64,000 bases of DNA from IMG/VR virus record IMGVR_UViG_3300023184_000033, positions 32,001-96,000 of that record; one strand, given 5' to 3'. Positions 1-10,041 of this stretch are shown here, piece by piece. Position numbers and translations under genes: made by a program. The notes below the pieces were generated by a model. That model saw only the letters and a list, made by a program, of their open reading frames with translations, ran no database searches and was not told the origin of the DNA. The DNA comes from a virus. Position 1 is the first letter of the stretch, and every line of letters begins with the position of its first letter.

Positions 1-765
1 ATAAAGGTCTTTTGGAATTTCCATCAAACTATCAATAGTTATATCCAATAAGTTTGCATCAATACGTTCAGCAATCTTTTCTTCTGCCATTTCCATCGTA
101 ATGTACAAAACATTTTTACCTTGTACCATGGCACCAGCAGCAACGTGACACATGAATAATGATTTACCAACACCAGTTCCTGCCAAGGCAATGTTTAGTG
201 TCTTTTTAGGTAAACCACCTTTGGTTATCTTATTGAAGAATTCAAGATCAAAAGGAATTCTCTCTTCTTTCTTGTGATAGAATTCATAACGTTCATCGGA
301 GTTTTCGAGGTAATCATGACCAACGGAGTTATCAAAACTTATCGCCAAGGCGTTCGATAATAGAGTGGGAATCGCACCTTTGTCTTGGGTTTTATCTTTT
401 CCATCGAGAATAGAAATAGACCCCAATACTGCATTGTAGATGGCTTTCTCTTGACAAAACTTTTCTGTCTTATCAACAAGCCATTGAATTTTGGATTCTT
501 CGCTTTTAGTTTTCTCAATCTCTTGTAGATAACTTTCACAGTTCTCCACTTCTTCATTTGTGAGATTTCGCCTCTCTTTGACGGCCAAACCAAGTGCTTC
601 AATCGTTGGTGTAGAATTATAAGTTTCCGTGAATGATGTAATCTCATTATATAATGTTCTATCGGTTCTATCGAAAAAATAGTCTTCTTTTAAGAATGGT
701 AATACTTTGCGTAAGTAATCTTCATTGTAAATCAGATTCTTTAGAATCGTCTGTTCCAGTTTCAT
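1..765 (-). CDS. 41: T4 gp41-like replicative DNA helicase (5' part; runs off the window)
   Basis: Hand translation MKLEQTILKNLIYNEDYLRKVLPF...; Walker A TLNIALAGTGVGKS near 160-200; follows uvsX and gp40; not in the ORF track. Confidence 0.93.
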   Translation of the reverse strand, partial: MKLEQTILKNLIYNEDYLRKVLPFLKEDYFFDRTDRTLYNEITSFTETYNSTPTIEALGLAVKERRNLTNEEVENCESYLQEIEKTKSEESKIQWLVDKTEKFCQEKAIYNAVLGSISILDGKDKTQDKGAIPTLLSNALAISFDNSVGHDYLENSDERYEFYHKKEERIPFDLEFFNKITKGGLPKKTLNIALAGTGVGKSLFMCHVAAGAMVQGKNVLYITMEMAEEKIAERIDANLLDITIDSLMEIPKDLY

Positions 766-1045
766 CAATAATATCTCCATCAAGGTCGGTAAGCATAAGT
801 TCTACCAACAAGTCACCAGCATACCGTTGGAAGTCTGGATCTTTTTCCATCTTCTTCGGTTTCATAACTGGTGATTCTAACACATAATAAGCAAAAAGTA
901 AACGAGTTTGAAAGCCTTCATCGGCAAACTTAACTTTTCCGTATTTAAATACCGTATCTTTATATTTGCCATCTAATAATTTAATATGTACTGATTCTTT
1001 ATCATCTTTCGGATAAATGAAACAATAATCAAGGCCTTCAATCAT
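722..1045 (-). CDS. Probable gp40-like head vertex assembly chaperone
   Basis: 107 aa between uvsX and gp41; VHIKLLDGKYKDTVFKYGKV motif; synteny. Confidence 0.6.
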   Translation of the reverse strand: MIEGLDYCFIYPKDDKESVHIKLLDGKYKDTVFKYGKVKFADEGFQTRLLFAYYVLESPVMKPKKMEKDPDFQRYAGDLLVELMLTDLDGDIIDETGTDDSKESDLQ

Positions 1046-1280
1046 AATTTATCTCATCAAACTTCTTTTCTTGAATTGTTTTTTCACCAAACACTTTTCT
1101 AGGATTTGCACACATAACACAATTTGGATTACCACAATTCATTACATGTCGTTTATTCAATTTATGTGGTTCTGTTACTGGAATACCATATGCTTTCGCT
1201 ATCTTAATTTGTTTCTTAATATGTGTTTCATCATCATGTAAACGCTTGCTGTGTTTGATTTTTGCGTCTTCGTGGCTCAT
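1038..1280 (-). CDS. Hypothetical protein with CxxxxCxxC motif
   Basis: 80 aa ORF packed between neighbours; NCGNPNCVMC. Confidence 0.7.
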   Translation of the reverse strand: MSHEDAKIKHSKRLHDDETHIKKQIKIAKAYGIPVTEPHKLNKRHVMNCGNPNCVMCANPRKVFGEKTIQEKKFDEINYD

Positions 1281-1281
1281 A

Positions 1282-2355
1282 TTAAACTCCGTTCATTGTT
1301 TCCAATTCAAATGCTTCTTCAATGTCTTCTTTTTTCATAATATCAGTTGAGGCAACTTTATATTTACCTTCAACGAAATCTCGAAATGTTTTTTGTTTCA
1401 ATATAGGCATCCAAAATTCTTTGGTGTCTGTTTCTTTGATTCGATATTTTTTATCTTCTATCTCACCAGTATCTCTATTAACTTTAGAGTACCATCCGTT
1501 TGATGGTTTAACCACATGGCCGGATTCCAGAGCAATATCAAGAAGACCAGACCACTTGCTAATGCCACCGTCAAAAGATACAGTAACAGGGATTTTAGAT
1601 TTCTCTTTAACATAACGACTCTTCTCTACATTAATAATAAAATTGTAACCAACAACTTCGGTGCCTTCTTTTTCTTGTTGGCGACCAATGATAAAGATGT
1701 TGTCTGCTGAATAGTAAGAACCCGTTCCGCCGCCGACGATTGCTTTCGGGAACATTCCAATTTCCATGTACGTATGATTAACTACAATCATTGGAATATC
1801 TTTTAAGTTCAAATGTGGTGTTACCATTCTGAACAAAGATTTAACTTGTTTGGCACGTGACATATCAGCCACAGATTTTTCGGCCAAAGCATCTTCGACT
1901 TCTTTTTTGGATGCTAAGTTACCAATAGAATCAATAATGATAATCAACTTATCACCACGTTCCAGTTGTGTTAACTGTTGCATGATATCGAATTTTAATT
2001 GTTCTATGTCGGTAAGTGGTGTATGAAGAACACGACTGGTATCAATACCAAAGGAGTCGAAATAACTTTGAGGAGTACCAAACTCGGAATCATAAAACAA
2101 AAGCGCTGCATCTTTATATTTGTCGAGGTACGATTTAGCCATCAAAAGAGAAAATGCAGTCTTAAAGTGTTTTGATGGGCCGGCCCACATTGTAAGTCCT
2201 GGAGTTAGTCCGCCATCTAGTTTGCCTGACAGTGCTACATTGATAATAGGTACTGCGGTTGGAATCATGTCCTTGTCTGTAAAGAATTTGGACTTAGATA
2301 GAATAGCAGAATCTTTGATGCTACTGTTCTTTTTAATTTTGTCAAGAATACTCAT
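1282..2355 (-). CDS. uvsX: UvsX RecA-like recombinase
   Basis: AGPSKHFKT Walker A, YDSEFG, IIIDSIGNLAS. Confidence 0.97.
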   Translation of the reverse strand: MSILDKIKKNSSIKDSAILSKSKFFTDKDMIPTAVPIINVALSGKLDGGLTPGLTMWAGPSKHFKTAFSLLMAKSYLDKYKDAALLFYDSEFGTPQSYFDSFGIDTSRVLHTPLTDIEQLKFDIMQQLTQLERGDKLIIIIDSIGNLASKKEVEDALAEKSVADMSRAKQVKSLFRMVTPHLNLKDIPMIVVNHTYMEIGMFPKAIVGGGTGSYYSADNIFIIGRQQEKEGTEVVGYNFIINVEKSRYVKEKSKIPVTVSFDGGISKWSGLLDIALESGHVVKPSNGWYSKVNRDTGEIEDKKYRIKETDTKEFWMPILKQKTFRDFVEGKYKVASTDIMKKEDIEEAFELETMNGV

Positions 2356-3444
2356 TTATTTTCCTTTTTCACGAAATGCATATGGATCATCATAATCATA
2401 CTTAGGTTCCAATTTTTTGACTGGAACGTTGTGTTCTTCATAAAAGCCTGGAGCAAGATGCACAGCAACTTGTTCGTGCTCATTACTAATATTTGGATAA
2501 GTTGGTGTTGTTACTTCAAACGTTGGACCAGTTTGAATCCATTCTTCACCAGGATTTCTCACGCCTTCAAAATCAACTGTTGTTTTATTTACAACAGGAA
2601 CCACACTCTCTTTAATTTGTTCGAACTGATTTGTAGTCAAAGGCCCATCATCCTGTTTATAGTTAATTATAACATCATCTTCTTCTTTTGGCAAGACTTT
2701 TTCTGGCTTTTTCATACTCATATTTGCTGCTATCAATAATAACACAGCTAACGGGTCAAACACAAGCATAATTAACATAATTACCAAACGAACTGCTTTG
2801 TCTATTAAATCCTTTTCACCAGATCCATAAATTAATTCGGCAACATATTTTATTGGTCCAAAATCCGATTCTACCTTCTGAAGTTCGGTTGAGAGTGGGG
2901 CCACTTCATCACTAAGAGTTGCCACTTTACGTTGGGATTCTTGTGTCTCTGCCAAAAGGCGTGTGCGTTCTTTCTGTTGGGTTTTACGTAACGCAACTGC
3001 TTTATCGGCACCCTTTTCATCTGTTGAGCGACCCATAACTTGGTCCACAGATTCATCAAGTTGTTTGATTGCTTTGCGATTGGCATCTATATTTTCCTTC
3101 TCAACTTTAATCTTTTCATTATATAATCCAACTTTGTTGGCCAAAGGTGCCATTGATGCTGATTGTTCTAAGTGTGCTTTGGACAAATAACCAAATATAC
3201 CCATCGATGTAATTAACATCAATATTACAACAGCAATTGTTAAATATGTTTTTAATAGAAATGGTGCTTTGTCCCAATTTCGATATAACCAAGATGTTGT
3301 AACAACTTTTGCAAACTCAAGAGAAGAACCCATAAAAACAACTGGCCAAAAAGCACCAACAAAAATTGATGCTAATCCAATTACTGAATAGTATGCGGCA
3401 ATACCCGATAGGAGTAAAGCGGCCAGTAGTGTTAAAAATGTCAT
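2356..3444 (-). CDS. Membrane protein with coiled-coil domain
   Basis: Three N-terminal TM helices, coiled coil, one further TM (FDPLAVLLLIAA), acidic tail. Confidence 0.75.
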   Translation of the reverse strand: MTFLTLLAALLLSGIAAYYSVIGLASIFVGAFWPVVFMGSSLEFAKVVTTSWLYRNWDKAPFLLKTYLTIAVVILMLITSMGIFGYLSKAHLEQSASMAPLANKVGLYNEKIKVEKENIDANRKAIKQLDESVDQVMGRSTDEKGADKAVALRKTQQKERTRLLAETQESQRKVATLSDEVAPLSTELQKVESDFGPIKYVAELIYGSGEKDLIDKAVRLVIMLIMLVFDPLAVLLLIAANMSMKKPEKVLPKEEDDVIINYKQDDGPLTTNQFEQIKESVVPVVNKTTVDFEGVRNPGEEWIQTGPTFEVTTPTYPNISNEHEQVAVHLAPGFYEEHNVPVKKLEPKYDYDDPYAFREKGK

Positions 3445-5987
3445 GCAAAAAAGTCCTCTAGTGAGCTAACTTTCTCAGTTTTCCATCCCATGCAATCCAA
3501 AACAACTTTAATTGGTTCAAGAAAAGCTTTCGAAAATTGTGTATCATAATCAATATAATTCTGTAATTCAAATTCTTTTGGCAGTCTGCCGGGATAAGAC
3601 ACGACCATATCCTTGAAAGGATTAGGCATTTTGAGATAAGTAAATTTAACTTTCTCACCTTCTTGTATCAAAGGATACTTTTTATCCAAACCTTTTTGTT
3701 TAAGATAGTGGTTATGAAGAATTGCACCTTTTACGTGAATAGGTGTACCCTTCTTATAAAGAGAAAGTGAGTCTGAATAGGTATTTAGCCCATTAAGACC
3801 TCTAGGAAAAGAAATTTCTTCCACAGGAAGTTGATTAAAACTATCTCTAAACTCTTTAATGAATTTATGAATATCATCTTCAGTACCATTTACCATCAAC
3901 TTAACAGCTTCAACCATTTTTACACGAATAATGGAAGGAGTTGAGGATTTAATCATCTCAAGTCCCATGATCTTCATGTGTGGTTCGTTGTACTGTACAC
4001 CTTCGTTGTTATGCACATTTAAGATATAACGTTTCTTGGCAGTCCAGATACCTTTGTCAGATAATCCTTCACGCTTCATTTCCATCTTTTGTTGATATGC
4101 GTGGACATACGTAGCAAGTTCTTGATAACTCTTGTCGATGTATGGTTGTATTTTATCTTCACAGACACGGTCCATGAAGGATATAATTTGTTTAACATCT
4201 GTCTTCGATGAATACACTTTATTAACAAGTGGACCAAGCTTGAGATAAATCGAATCTGTGTCTGAGGCGATAACATAATCTTCGTTTTCTGTTTTCAATA
4301 GTGTATTCAAATATACATTTAATTTATTTTCAATCCAACGAATACTTAATTGACCAGCAGTGGTGACACCCAAGGCCATACGCAAATCATAGAAACGGAA
4401 GTATTGTGAACCAAGAGCACCATAAGCAGAGTTAAGTGATACTTTCTTTGCTAGTTGAATGTTATTGAATTTTGCAATTCGTTTTTCGATTTCATACTTT
4501 TTGGATTCATCGGTTTCATTTTCAAGTTCCTGTGTTGCGTTCAACATCATCTTCTTAAACTTCTTACGATCCTGATACATTTCTTCCATCATTGCAGGTA
4601 AAAAACCTTGAATGTCTGTACGAAAGAATTGTCCGTTTGGGGTAATAGTTGCACCTTCCAAACTTGAAAGGTCAATTTGTTTTTTAAGTAACTTATCAAC
4701 CGATACAACCTGTGACAAAATGTCACGCATTTCATCTGTATAGTCTTCTGGTTTAATAAGAGTCTCTGGTGAAATATTGTATTGCATCATTAGATGAGGA
4801 TACAAAGAGTTCAAGTCAAAACTGGCAACATAGTGATGCAGACCAACTTGTGGATCTTTTACATAAGCACCTTCAAACGCTTCAGTCTTTTCCTGTACAT
4901 CACGTGGAGGAACAACAATACTCTTTTCCAACAGGTAAGAGTATGTCAAAGAATCCCACATACGTGTCTGTGCAAACACATCTTCATAGTTACATTTGGT
5001 ATCATATGCAAGAGTCAAAGCCAACTCAACCAATTTTAACTTGTCTTCAAGTTTCAGGATCAGTTTAACGTCTTTGATGTTGTACTCAATAAACTTCTGA
5101 TAGTTCAATCGGTAAAGAGCATGAAGGTTATCATATTCATCATAGGAAATTTTACCTTCACCAAGTTCAACTTGTGCAATGTTATCCAAACGATATGATT
5201 CCTGTGACTTACCACCTGGCGCATACCATTTGTATAACTCAATATAGTCGAGTGATTCGATACCGACAAGACCATAAGCAATCAACTTACGACCATTGAT
5301 ATTGGTTTGACGTTCAGAGATGTATCTCCAAGGCGACAGATTTCTTGTTTCTTCTTCGCCAAGAATCTTACGGAAACGATTGACAAGATAAGGAATATCA
5401 AAGAACTTGGTATTCCATCCAGTAATCACATCAGGACACTTGGCTTGCCACAGTTGAATAAATTTCTTGCAAAGAGTCCACTCATCTTTACACTTGATAT
5501 AGTTTTCATCACCTTGAACCACATAGTCACCACAACCGAACACATACGTTTCACCATTCAAGTATGTAACAGCAATAGCCGTGATAGGTTCGTTTGCAAG
5601 ATAAGGGTCGGGGAAACCATTTTCAGAACCAACCTCAATATCGATAACAGCAACGGAGACTTTATCTTGATCCCAATCAACCATGCCTTTGTGTTGGTCT
5701 GCAATAAATGCATATTCATATCTGGTGTTACCATAAATCTTTGGTGCACCAGGAAGTCCATCGAATTGTTTTACGAATTCTCTAGCTTCACGAATTGTTT
5801 CAAATTCTTTACGTTCTAGTGGAAGACCATCTAGACTTTTAAAAGACTCACCAGTATTTTTCCTACGGGCAGGCAAATACAAAGACGGCGAGTAATCAAT
5901 TTTAAGTTTGATTCGCTGGCCGTCTTTAACACCTCGATACAGAATACTGCCGCCGAGGTTTTGTACATTCGTATAGAAGTTACTCAA
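3441..5987 (-). CDS. 43: Family B DNA polymerase gp43 (unsplit)
   Basis: DIEV exonuclease, SFDLNSLYP, KVSLNSAYG, SDTDS, KKRY motifs. Confidence 0.98.
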   Translation of the reverse strand: MSNFYTNVQNLGGSILYRGVKDGQRIKLKIDYSPSLYLPARRKNTGESFKSLDGLPLERKEFETIREAREFVKQFDGLPGAPKIYGNTRYEYAFIADQHKGMVDWDQDKVSVAVIDIEVGSENGFPDPYLANEPITAIAVTYLNGETYVFGCGDYVVQGDENYIKCKDEWTLCKKFIQLWQAKCPDVITGWNTKFFDIPYLVNRFRKILGEEETRNLSPWRYISERQTNINGRKLIAYGLVGIESLDYIELYKWYAPGGKSQESYRLDNIAQVELGEGKISYDEYDNLHALYRLNYQKFIEYNIKDVKLILKLEDKLKLVELALTLAYDTKCNYEDVFAQTRMWDSLTYSYLLEKSIVVPPRDVQEKTEAFEGAYVKDPQVGLHHYVASFDLNSLYPHLMMQYNISPETLIKPEDYTDEMRDILSQVVSVDKLLKKQIDLSSLEGATITPNGQFFRTDIQGFLPAMMEEMYQDRKKFKKMMLNATQELENETDESKKYEIEKRIAKFNNIQLAKKVSLNSAYGALGSQYFRFYDLRMALGVTTAGQLSIRWIENKLNVYLNTLLKTENEDYVIASDTDSIYLKLGPLVNKVYSSKTDVKQIISFMDRVCEDKIQPYIDKSYQELATYVHAYQQKMEMKREGLSDKGIWTAKKRYILNVHNNEGVQYNEPHMKIMGLEMIKSSTPSIIRVKMVEAVKLMVNGTEDDIHKFIKEFRDSFNQLPVEEISFPRGLNGLNTYSDSLSLYKKGTPIHVKGAILHNHYLKQKGLDKKYPLIQEGEKVKFTYLKMPNPFKDMVVSYPGRLPKEFELQNYIDYDTQFSKAFLEPIKVVLDCMGWKTEKVSSLEDFFA

Positions 5988-5988
5988 G

Positions 5989-6312
5989 TTAACCTTTTGT
6001 CAAAATCGATTTTTGTGATGGAATTACGATACCGGATCCAAAGACTTGGTTATAGTTGTTAAGAAAGTCTTGTGCAGGTGTATAATAGTACACCACGAAC
6101 TTTTTGGCAATGGTTATTGTGGCATTCTTCGACTTTTGTACCGATTCAGCGTACATTGGAAAGTTTCCAAGACCAATTCCTGGTTGTCCGTTTGGACCGT
6201 TTAGTACCGCAATCGATACAGGATTATTGATAACATATTCGGTTTCCGATTCGATTTCCAAGTCACCCATAACGTCTTCACCGGTAATCAATTTCAATGC
6301 AATGATGTTCAT
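5989..6312 (-). CDS. Conserved hypothetical protein (Sm-like LKLITGEDV type)
   Basis: Start reassigned to MNIIALK after AGGA SD. Confidence 0.75.
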   Translation of the reverse strand: MNIIALKLITGEDVMGDLEIESETEYVINNPVSIAVLNGPNGQPGIGLGNFPMYAESVQKSKNATITIAKKFVVYYYTPAQDFLNNYNQVFGSGIVIPSQKSILTKG

Positions 6313-6350
6313 AAAAGTCCTTAATAAAGTTAACACATAAATATATGTAC

Positions 6351-6379
6351 ATTATATATGATTTCGTCTGGACATGCAA
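6351..6379 (-). promoter_or_regulatory. sigma70-like promoter for the gp43 operon
   Basis: TTGCAT-17 bp-TATAAT on - strand. Confidence 0.65.
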
Positions 6380-6513
6380 GGTGTCCGTGTATTGTTTACC
6401 ACAGCAATATCGATTTTAGGAAATCAAAATGGCAGAAGAACAAAACCCCCCCTGATAACTGCCAAAAACTAGGTTTACCATAAATATGAATGAACTATTA
6501 TACGGAGACTTGC

Positions 6514-6681
6514 ATGGTAACAAAGAAAGTTACTTCTAGAAGAAAATCGGTAGTGCCAGCCGCACCGACACCAACAAAAAACTTTCCAACGGCCGCTTTA
6601 GGGTTGGCTATGGTTGTTCTTACCAACTATCAAGCCGAAGTAAAACAAGCATTATCATTAATATTAAAAACGCTAACATGA
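6514..6681 (+). CDS. Small membrane protein
   Basis: GGAG SD before MVTKK; one hydrophobic segment; CATAAATA late-type element at about 6479. Confidence 0.6.
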   Translation: MVTKKVTSRRKSVVPAAPTPTKNFPTAALGLAMVVLTNYQAEVKQALSLILKTLT

Positions 6682-7463
6682 TTATATTAGACAAATTCTT
6701 AGAATTCAAAAAACTACCTTACGTTCTTGCAGGAGTTATATTTCTTTGCAGTCTGGCTGTACTTAGTTGTTTTAAAAGTGCTGAAACTCAATTGAACACA
6801 CTCAATCAAGCTGTTTCGTTTAGTCGAATGATGACAAAATCATCCGATGATTTAACTAATTATGCAAGATATTACGTCACAACAAAAAACGAACAATGGA
6901 AAACTGAATTCAACAATGTGCTTAAAGTACGAAATGGTGAATTAGCTGATGAAAAAGGTATTGTCAAATCATTCAAAGATAGGCTCAAAGAAGTGCCGTT
7001 TTTACAGAGTGAATTAGATACACTTTTAAAAGCGGAGCAGTTAAGCAACAATTTGGCAAAGCTAGAGGTTGAAGCATTTGATTGGACTCAAAAGGGTAAA
7101 ATTGAATTGATTGCTGATGTACAAACTCATCACCACATGGCCGCACAATTATTGATGTTTGGTGATGACTATAAGAAACATAAAAATCAAATCATTCAAA
7201 CAACAAATGAATTTTATTCGGCAGTTGTGAATAGACTGCAATCACAATATTTGTTCTACATGACAACTGCATGGACAATGATAATTATTATTAATATAAG
7301 TTTAATACTTTTAATAGTCTCTATCAAGCACAAAGAAAACGTGGTGGTTGCTAGACCTAAACGAATAATAAAAAAAACACCAGTAAAAAAAGCACCAGTA
7401 AAAAAAGCACCAGTAAAAAAGATAATAAGGAATAAAAATGGCAGAAGTAATATTGCAAAATAA
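6678..7463 (+). CDS. Two-TM protein with chemoreceptor-like periplasmic four-helix sensor domain and KKAPV tail
   Basis: SSDDLTNYARYYVTT...VRNG and KAEQLSNNLAKLEVEAF resemble MCP/histidine-kinase sensor domains; no signalling domain. Confidence 0.6.
   Translation: MIILDKFLEFKKLPYVLAGVIFLCSLAVLSCFKSAETQLNTLNQAVSFSRMMTKSSDDLTNYARYYVTTKNEQWKTEFNNVLKVRNGELADEKGIVKSFKDRLKEVPFLQSELDTLLKAEQLSNNLAKLEVEAFDWTQKGKIELIADVQTHHHMAAQLLMFGDDYKKHKNQIIQTTNEFYSAVVNRLQSQYLFYMTTAWTMIIIINISLILLIVSIKHKENVVVARPKRIIKKTPVKKAPVKKAPVKKIIRNKNGRSNIAK
7371..7421 (+). repeat. 15-bp tandem repeat (about 3 copies) encoding KKTPV/KKAPV
   Basis: aaaaaa(a/g)caccagta repeated. Confidence 0.85.
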
Positions 7464-7995
7464 ACCATTGTCACGTAGTGAACGTGAAGCAAATATCAAA
7501 GACAAAGCAGGATGGTTGATTACTGTTCTAGCCGCTTTACTTGCAATCAATACATACATTTCAAGTGGCAACAGCAGTAAAGTATTGAACAATACAATTA
7601 GTGCAAACAATACTTGGGCATTCTATCAAGCAAAATCGGTTAAACAAACTCTTGCTGAGATGGCTAGAGATGATGCTATCGATAGAAAACAATTTGACAA
7701 AGCAGAAAAGTTAACCGCAAAAATTGATAGATATGAATCTGATCCTGCTACAGGCGAAGGTAAAAAAGAACTAATGGCAAAAGCACGTTCATTAGAAGCC
7801 GAACGTGACCAGATTCGTAAGTCTGGTCCTTGGTTAACATTTGCTGGTTCTGCATTTCAAATTGCAATTGTTTTATTGACTGCAAGTATTCTAGCAGTTA
7901 GCATGTCATTGTATTGGGGTAGTATTCTAGTTGGACTCGGTGCGGCATTACTTATGAGTCAGGGTCTGTGGCTGTGGCTGCCAATAATTTTATAA
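7438..7995 (+). CDS. DUF4337-like membrane protein
   Basis: NTWAFYQAKSVKQ and AFQIAIVLLTASIL motifs. Confidence 0.75.
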   Translation: MAEVILQNKPLSRSEREANIKDKAGWLITVLAALLAINTYISSGNSSKVLNNTISANNTWAFYQAKSVKQTLAEMARDDAIDRKQFDKAEKLTAKIDRYESDPATGEGKKELMAKARSLEAERDQIRKSGPWLTFAGSAFQIAIVLLTASILAVSMSLYWGSILVGLGAALLMSQGLWLWLPIIL

Positions 7996-8198
7996 AATGT
8001 ATTGTCTTTTTATTATTATTTGTAACAATAGCAAACGCTGAAAATTCAAAAGACAAACTTAAACCCAATGAAGCAAGAGTCTGTGCTCGGTGGATGTGGA
8101 CGGGTGATGTATTTGACCGTAAAGTTTATTGTGTTGAATGGGTAATAAAAGATTGCTCGAATAGACTGTATATAGACATATGTAAGCGTGGTAATTAA
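7968..8198 (+). CDS. Small secreted Cys-containing protein
   Basis: Signal-peptide-like N-terminus; CARWMWTGDVFDRKVYCVEW; true start uncertain. Confidence 0.55.
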   Translation: MAVAANNFIKCIVFLLLFVTIANAENSKDKLKPNEARVCARWMWTGDVFDRKVYCVEWVIKDCSNRLYIDICKRGN

Positions 8199-8200
8199 TT

Positions 8201-8815
8201 ATGGATCCAATTACCATCGGACTTGCATTTACAGCTGCTCAAAGCGCAGTGGGTTATATAAAACAAGCTATTGCACTGGGCAAAGATGTTCACAGTCTTA
8301 CCGGTCAGTTCAACAAATTTTTTGAATCCTCAGATGCAATACATCGTGAGCGAGCAAAGATAAAGGCTAAAGGTAGCCGTCTAGGAAAAACTGACGCTGA
8401 ACTTGGCCACGAAGCACTTCAAATTGCCATGCATAGTGATGCTCTACGTACATATGAGCGTGAACTTAAAGACATGATTCTTTGGCAATTAGGTAAGCCT
8501 GAAATGTGGGAACACATGATTAAGGAGCGTACCAGATTATTCAAAGAGCGTGCAGAAGCTGAACAGGCTGAAGCGGAGCGTCTATTAGCACACAAGAAAA
8601 AAATGGCAGATATGTTTATCTTTGCCATGTATTTTATAGCAGGGTCTGTTATTTTATTTGCAATAGCTATGGGTGGTGTTGCAGTATACGGTGCGGCTGA
8701 AGAGAAAAGAATTTATGAAGAAAAAGTAGCGGCAAGAGCCGCAGTCATAAGAAGACAGGCAAAAGAAAGAGAAGCAGCAGAGAAAAAAGAAATAGATAAC
8801 TACACAAAAAATTAA
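8201..8815 (+). CDS. Hypothetical coiled-coil protein with C-terminal TM (paralog A)
   Basis: MDPITIGLAF start; architecture shared with 8940..9710. Confidence 0.75.
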   Translation: MDPITIGLAFTAAQSAVGYIKQAIALGKDVHSLTGQFNKFFESSDAIHRERAKIKAKGSRLGKTDAELGHEALQIAMHSDALRTYERELKDMILWQLGKPEMWEHMIKERTRLFKERAEAEQAEAERLLAHKKKMADMFIFAMYFIAGSVILFAIAMGGVAVYGAAEEKRIYEEKVAARAAVIRRQAKEREAAEKKEIDNYTKN

Positions 8816-8816
8816 C

Positions 8817-8939
8817 ATGTACTTTAATATAATAATTACTTTTAACGATATGCTTTTCATGTTATGCATGATACCCTTGGTCGCAGTATTCTGTGTAATG
8901 TTTTCAGACTGGTTGAAAGATAAAGACCGATACAAGTAA
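8817..8939 (+). CDS. 40-aa membrane peptide
   Basis: MYFNIIITFNDMLFMLCMIPLVAVFCVMFSDWLKDKDRYK fills the gap exactly. Confidence 0.6.
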   Translation: MYFNIIITFNDMLFMLCMIPLVAVFCVMFSDWLKDKDRYK

Positions 8940-9710
8940 ATGGATCCATTAACATTATTTGCTTTAGCCAATGGAGCTGTATCCGCAGTTAAAGCCGGAT
9001 GTAAACTTTACAAGGATATTAAAGGTGCTGCAGGTGATGTAAGAGATGTGTTAAAGGATCTTGATGACCAATTTCATAAATTATATCCATCGGGCGCTAC
9101 TACATCACAGCGTAACGCTTACGTAACTGAAAAGAATCGTGTTATAGAGCTTAACAAAAAAGGTGGAGATACTGCGGGTATCTATACTGAAATTGGAAAT
9201 CATCTAGGTACGTACTATGATAACTTAAACAAGTGTATAGCCGTCTTTGAAGAAGAAGAACGTAAAAGCAAAAAAGAATTATATGAAGGTGATGACAGTT
9301 TAGGTAAACGTGCGCTGCAGCGTGTTCTAATGAAAAAACAATTAGAACAAATGGGAGTTGAATTACGTGAATTGATGATATATCAGAGTCCACCTGAGTT
9401 GGGTGCTTTGTATACTGAAGTAGAAGAGATGATGAAAGAGATGGGTAAAGAACAAAAAGTTCTTTTGGTAAATAAAATAAGGCGAGAAGAAGTGCAAGCA
9501 AAAAGAAGAGCTGCACGTATGAGACAATTAAAACAAGAGGCTATAATAGGAATTGTAATTTTAATTATTGTTTTTGTTTTTGGATTCACTATGATGTGGG
9601 TTGCACATGATAGACAACAAAAATATCCTCAATACGGCAATGAACTATTTCCGAAGAATGAAGAAACCCGCCGTAGAGAATCCGAAACACAAATATACAT
9701 TGGCCGTTAA
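8940..9710 (+). CDS. Hypothetical coiled-coil protein with C-terminal TM (paralog B)
   Basis: MDPLTLFALA start; ELRELMIYQ versus ELKDMILWQ in paralog A. Confidence 0.75.
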   Translation: MDPLTLFALANGAVSAVKAGCKLYKDIKGAAGDVRDVLKDLDDQFHKLYPSGATTSQRNAYVTEKNRVIELNKKGGDTAGIYTEIGNHLGTYYDNLNKCIAVFEEEERKSKKELYEGDDSLGKRALQRVLMKKQLEQMGVELRELMIYQSPPELGALYTEVEEMMKEMGKEQKVLLVNKIRREEVQAKRRAARMRQLKQEAIIGIVILIIVFVFGFTMMWVAHDRQQKYPQYGNELFPKNEETRRRESETQIYIGR

Positions 9711-9745
9711 TGATTACGACATAAATAATAGAAAAGGAGATAATT

Positions 9746-9862
9746 ATGTTAGATATTTTACTTTGGGTAGCAGTAGGGGCATTTATTGGTTGGAATTTAC
9801 CTCAACCATTTTGGGCTAAAATGATGCAAGAAAAAATACAAGCAATGATAGCAAAGAAATAA
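9746..9862 (+). CDS. 38-aa membrane peptide
   Basis: Strong AAGGAG SD; MLDILLWVAVGAFIGWNLPQPFWAK...; CATAAATA upstream. Confidence 0.7.
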   Translation: MLDILLWVAVGAFIGWNLPQPFWAKMMQEKIQAMIAKK

Positions 9863-10041
9863 TGTCATACTCGCAACAGGTTATTGACCATTATGAAAAC
9901 CCCAGAAATGTGGGTAGTTTTGCTAATGGTGATAATACCGTTGGTACTGGCATGGTTGGTGCACCTGCTTGCGGTGATGTTATGAAGCTTCAAATTAAAG
10001 CAGCTATCCACGACTATCAATTAAAGTGTTTATGCTCATGA
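9862..10041 (+). pseudogene. iscU: IscU Fe-S scaffold with large in-frame internal deletion (59 aa)
   Basis: MSYSQQVIDHYENPRNVGSF...[14 protein letters not shown] joined directly to the C-terminal AAIHDY. Confidence 0.88.

Noticed and set aside
339-647. 102-aa ORF on the - strand
   Set aside because: Out-of-frame shadow within the gp41 helicase gene.
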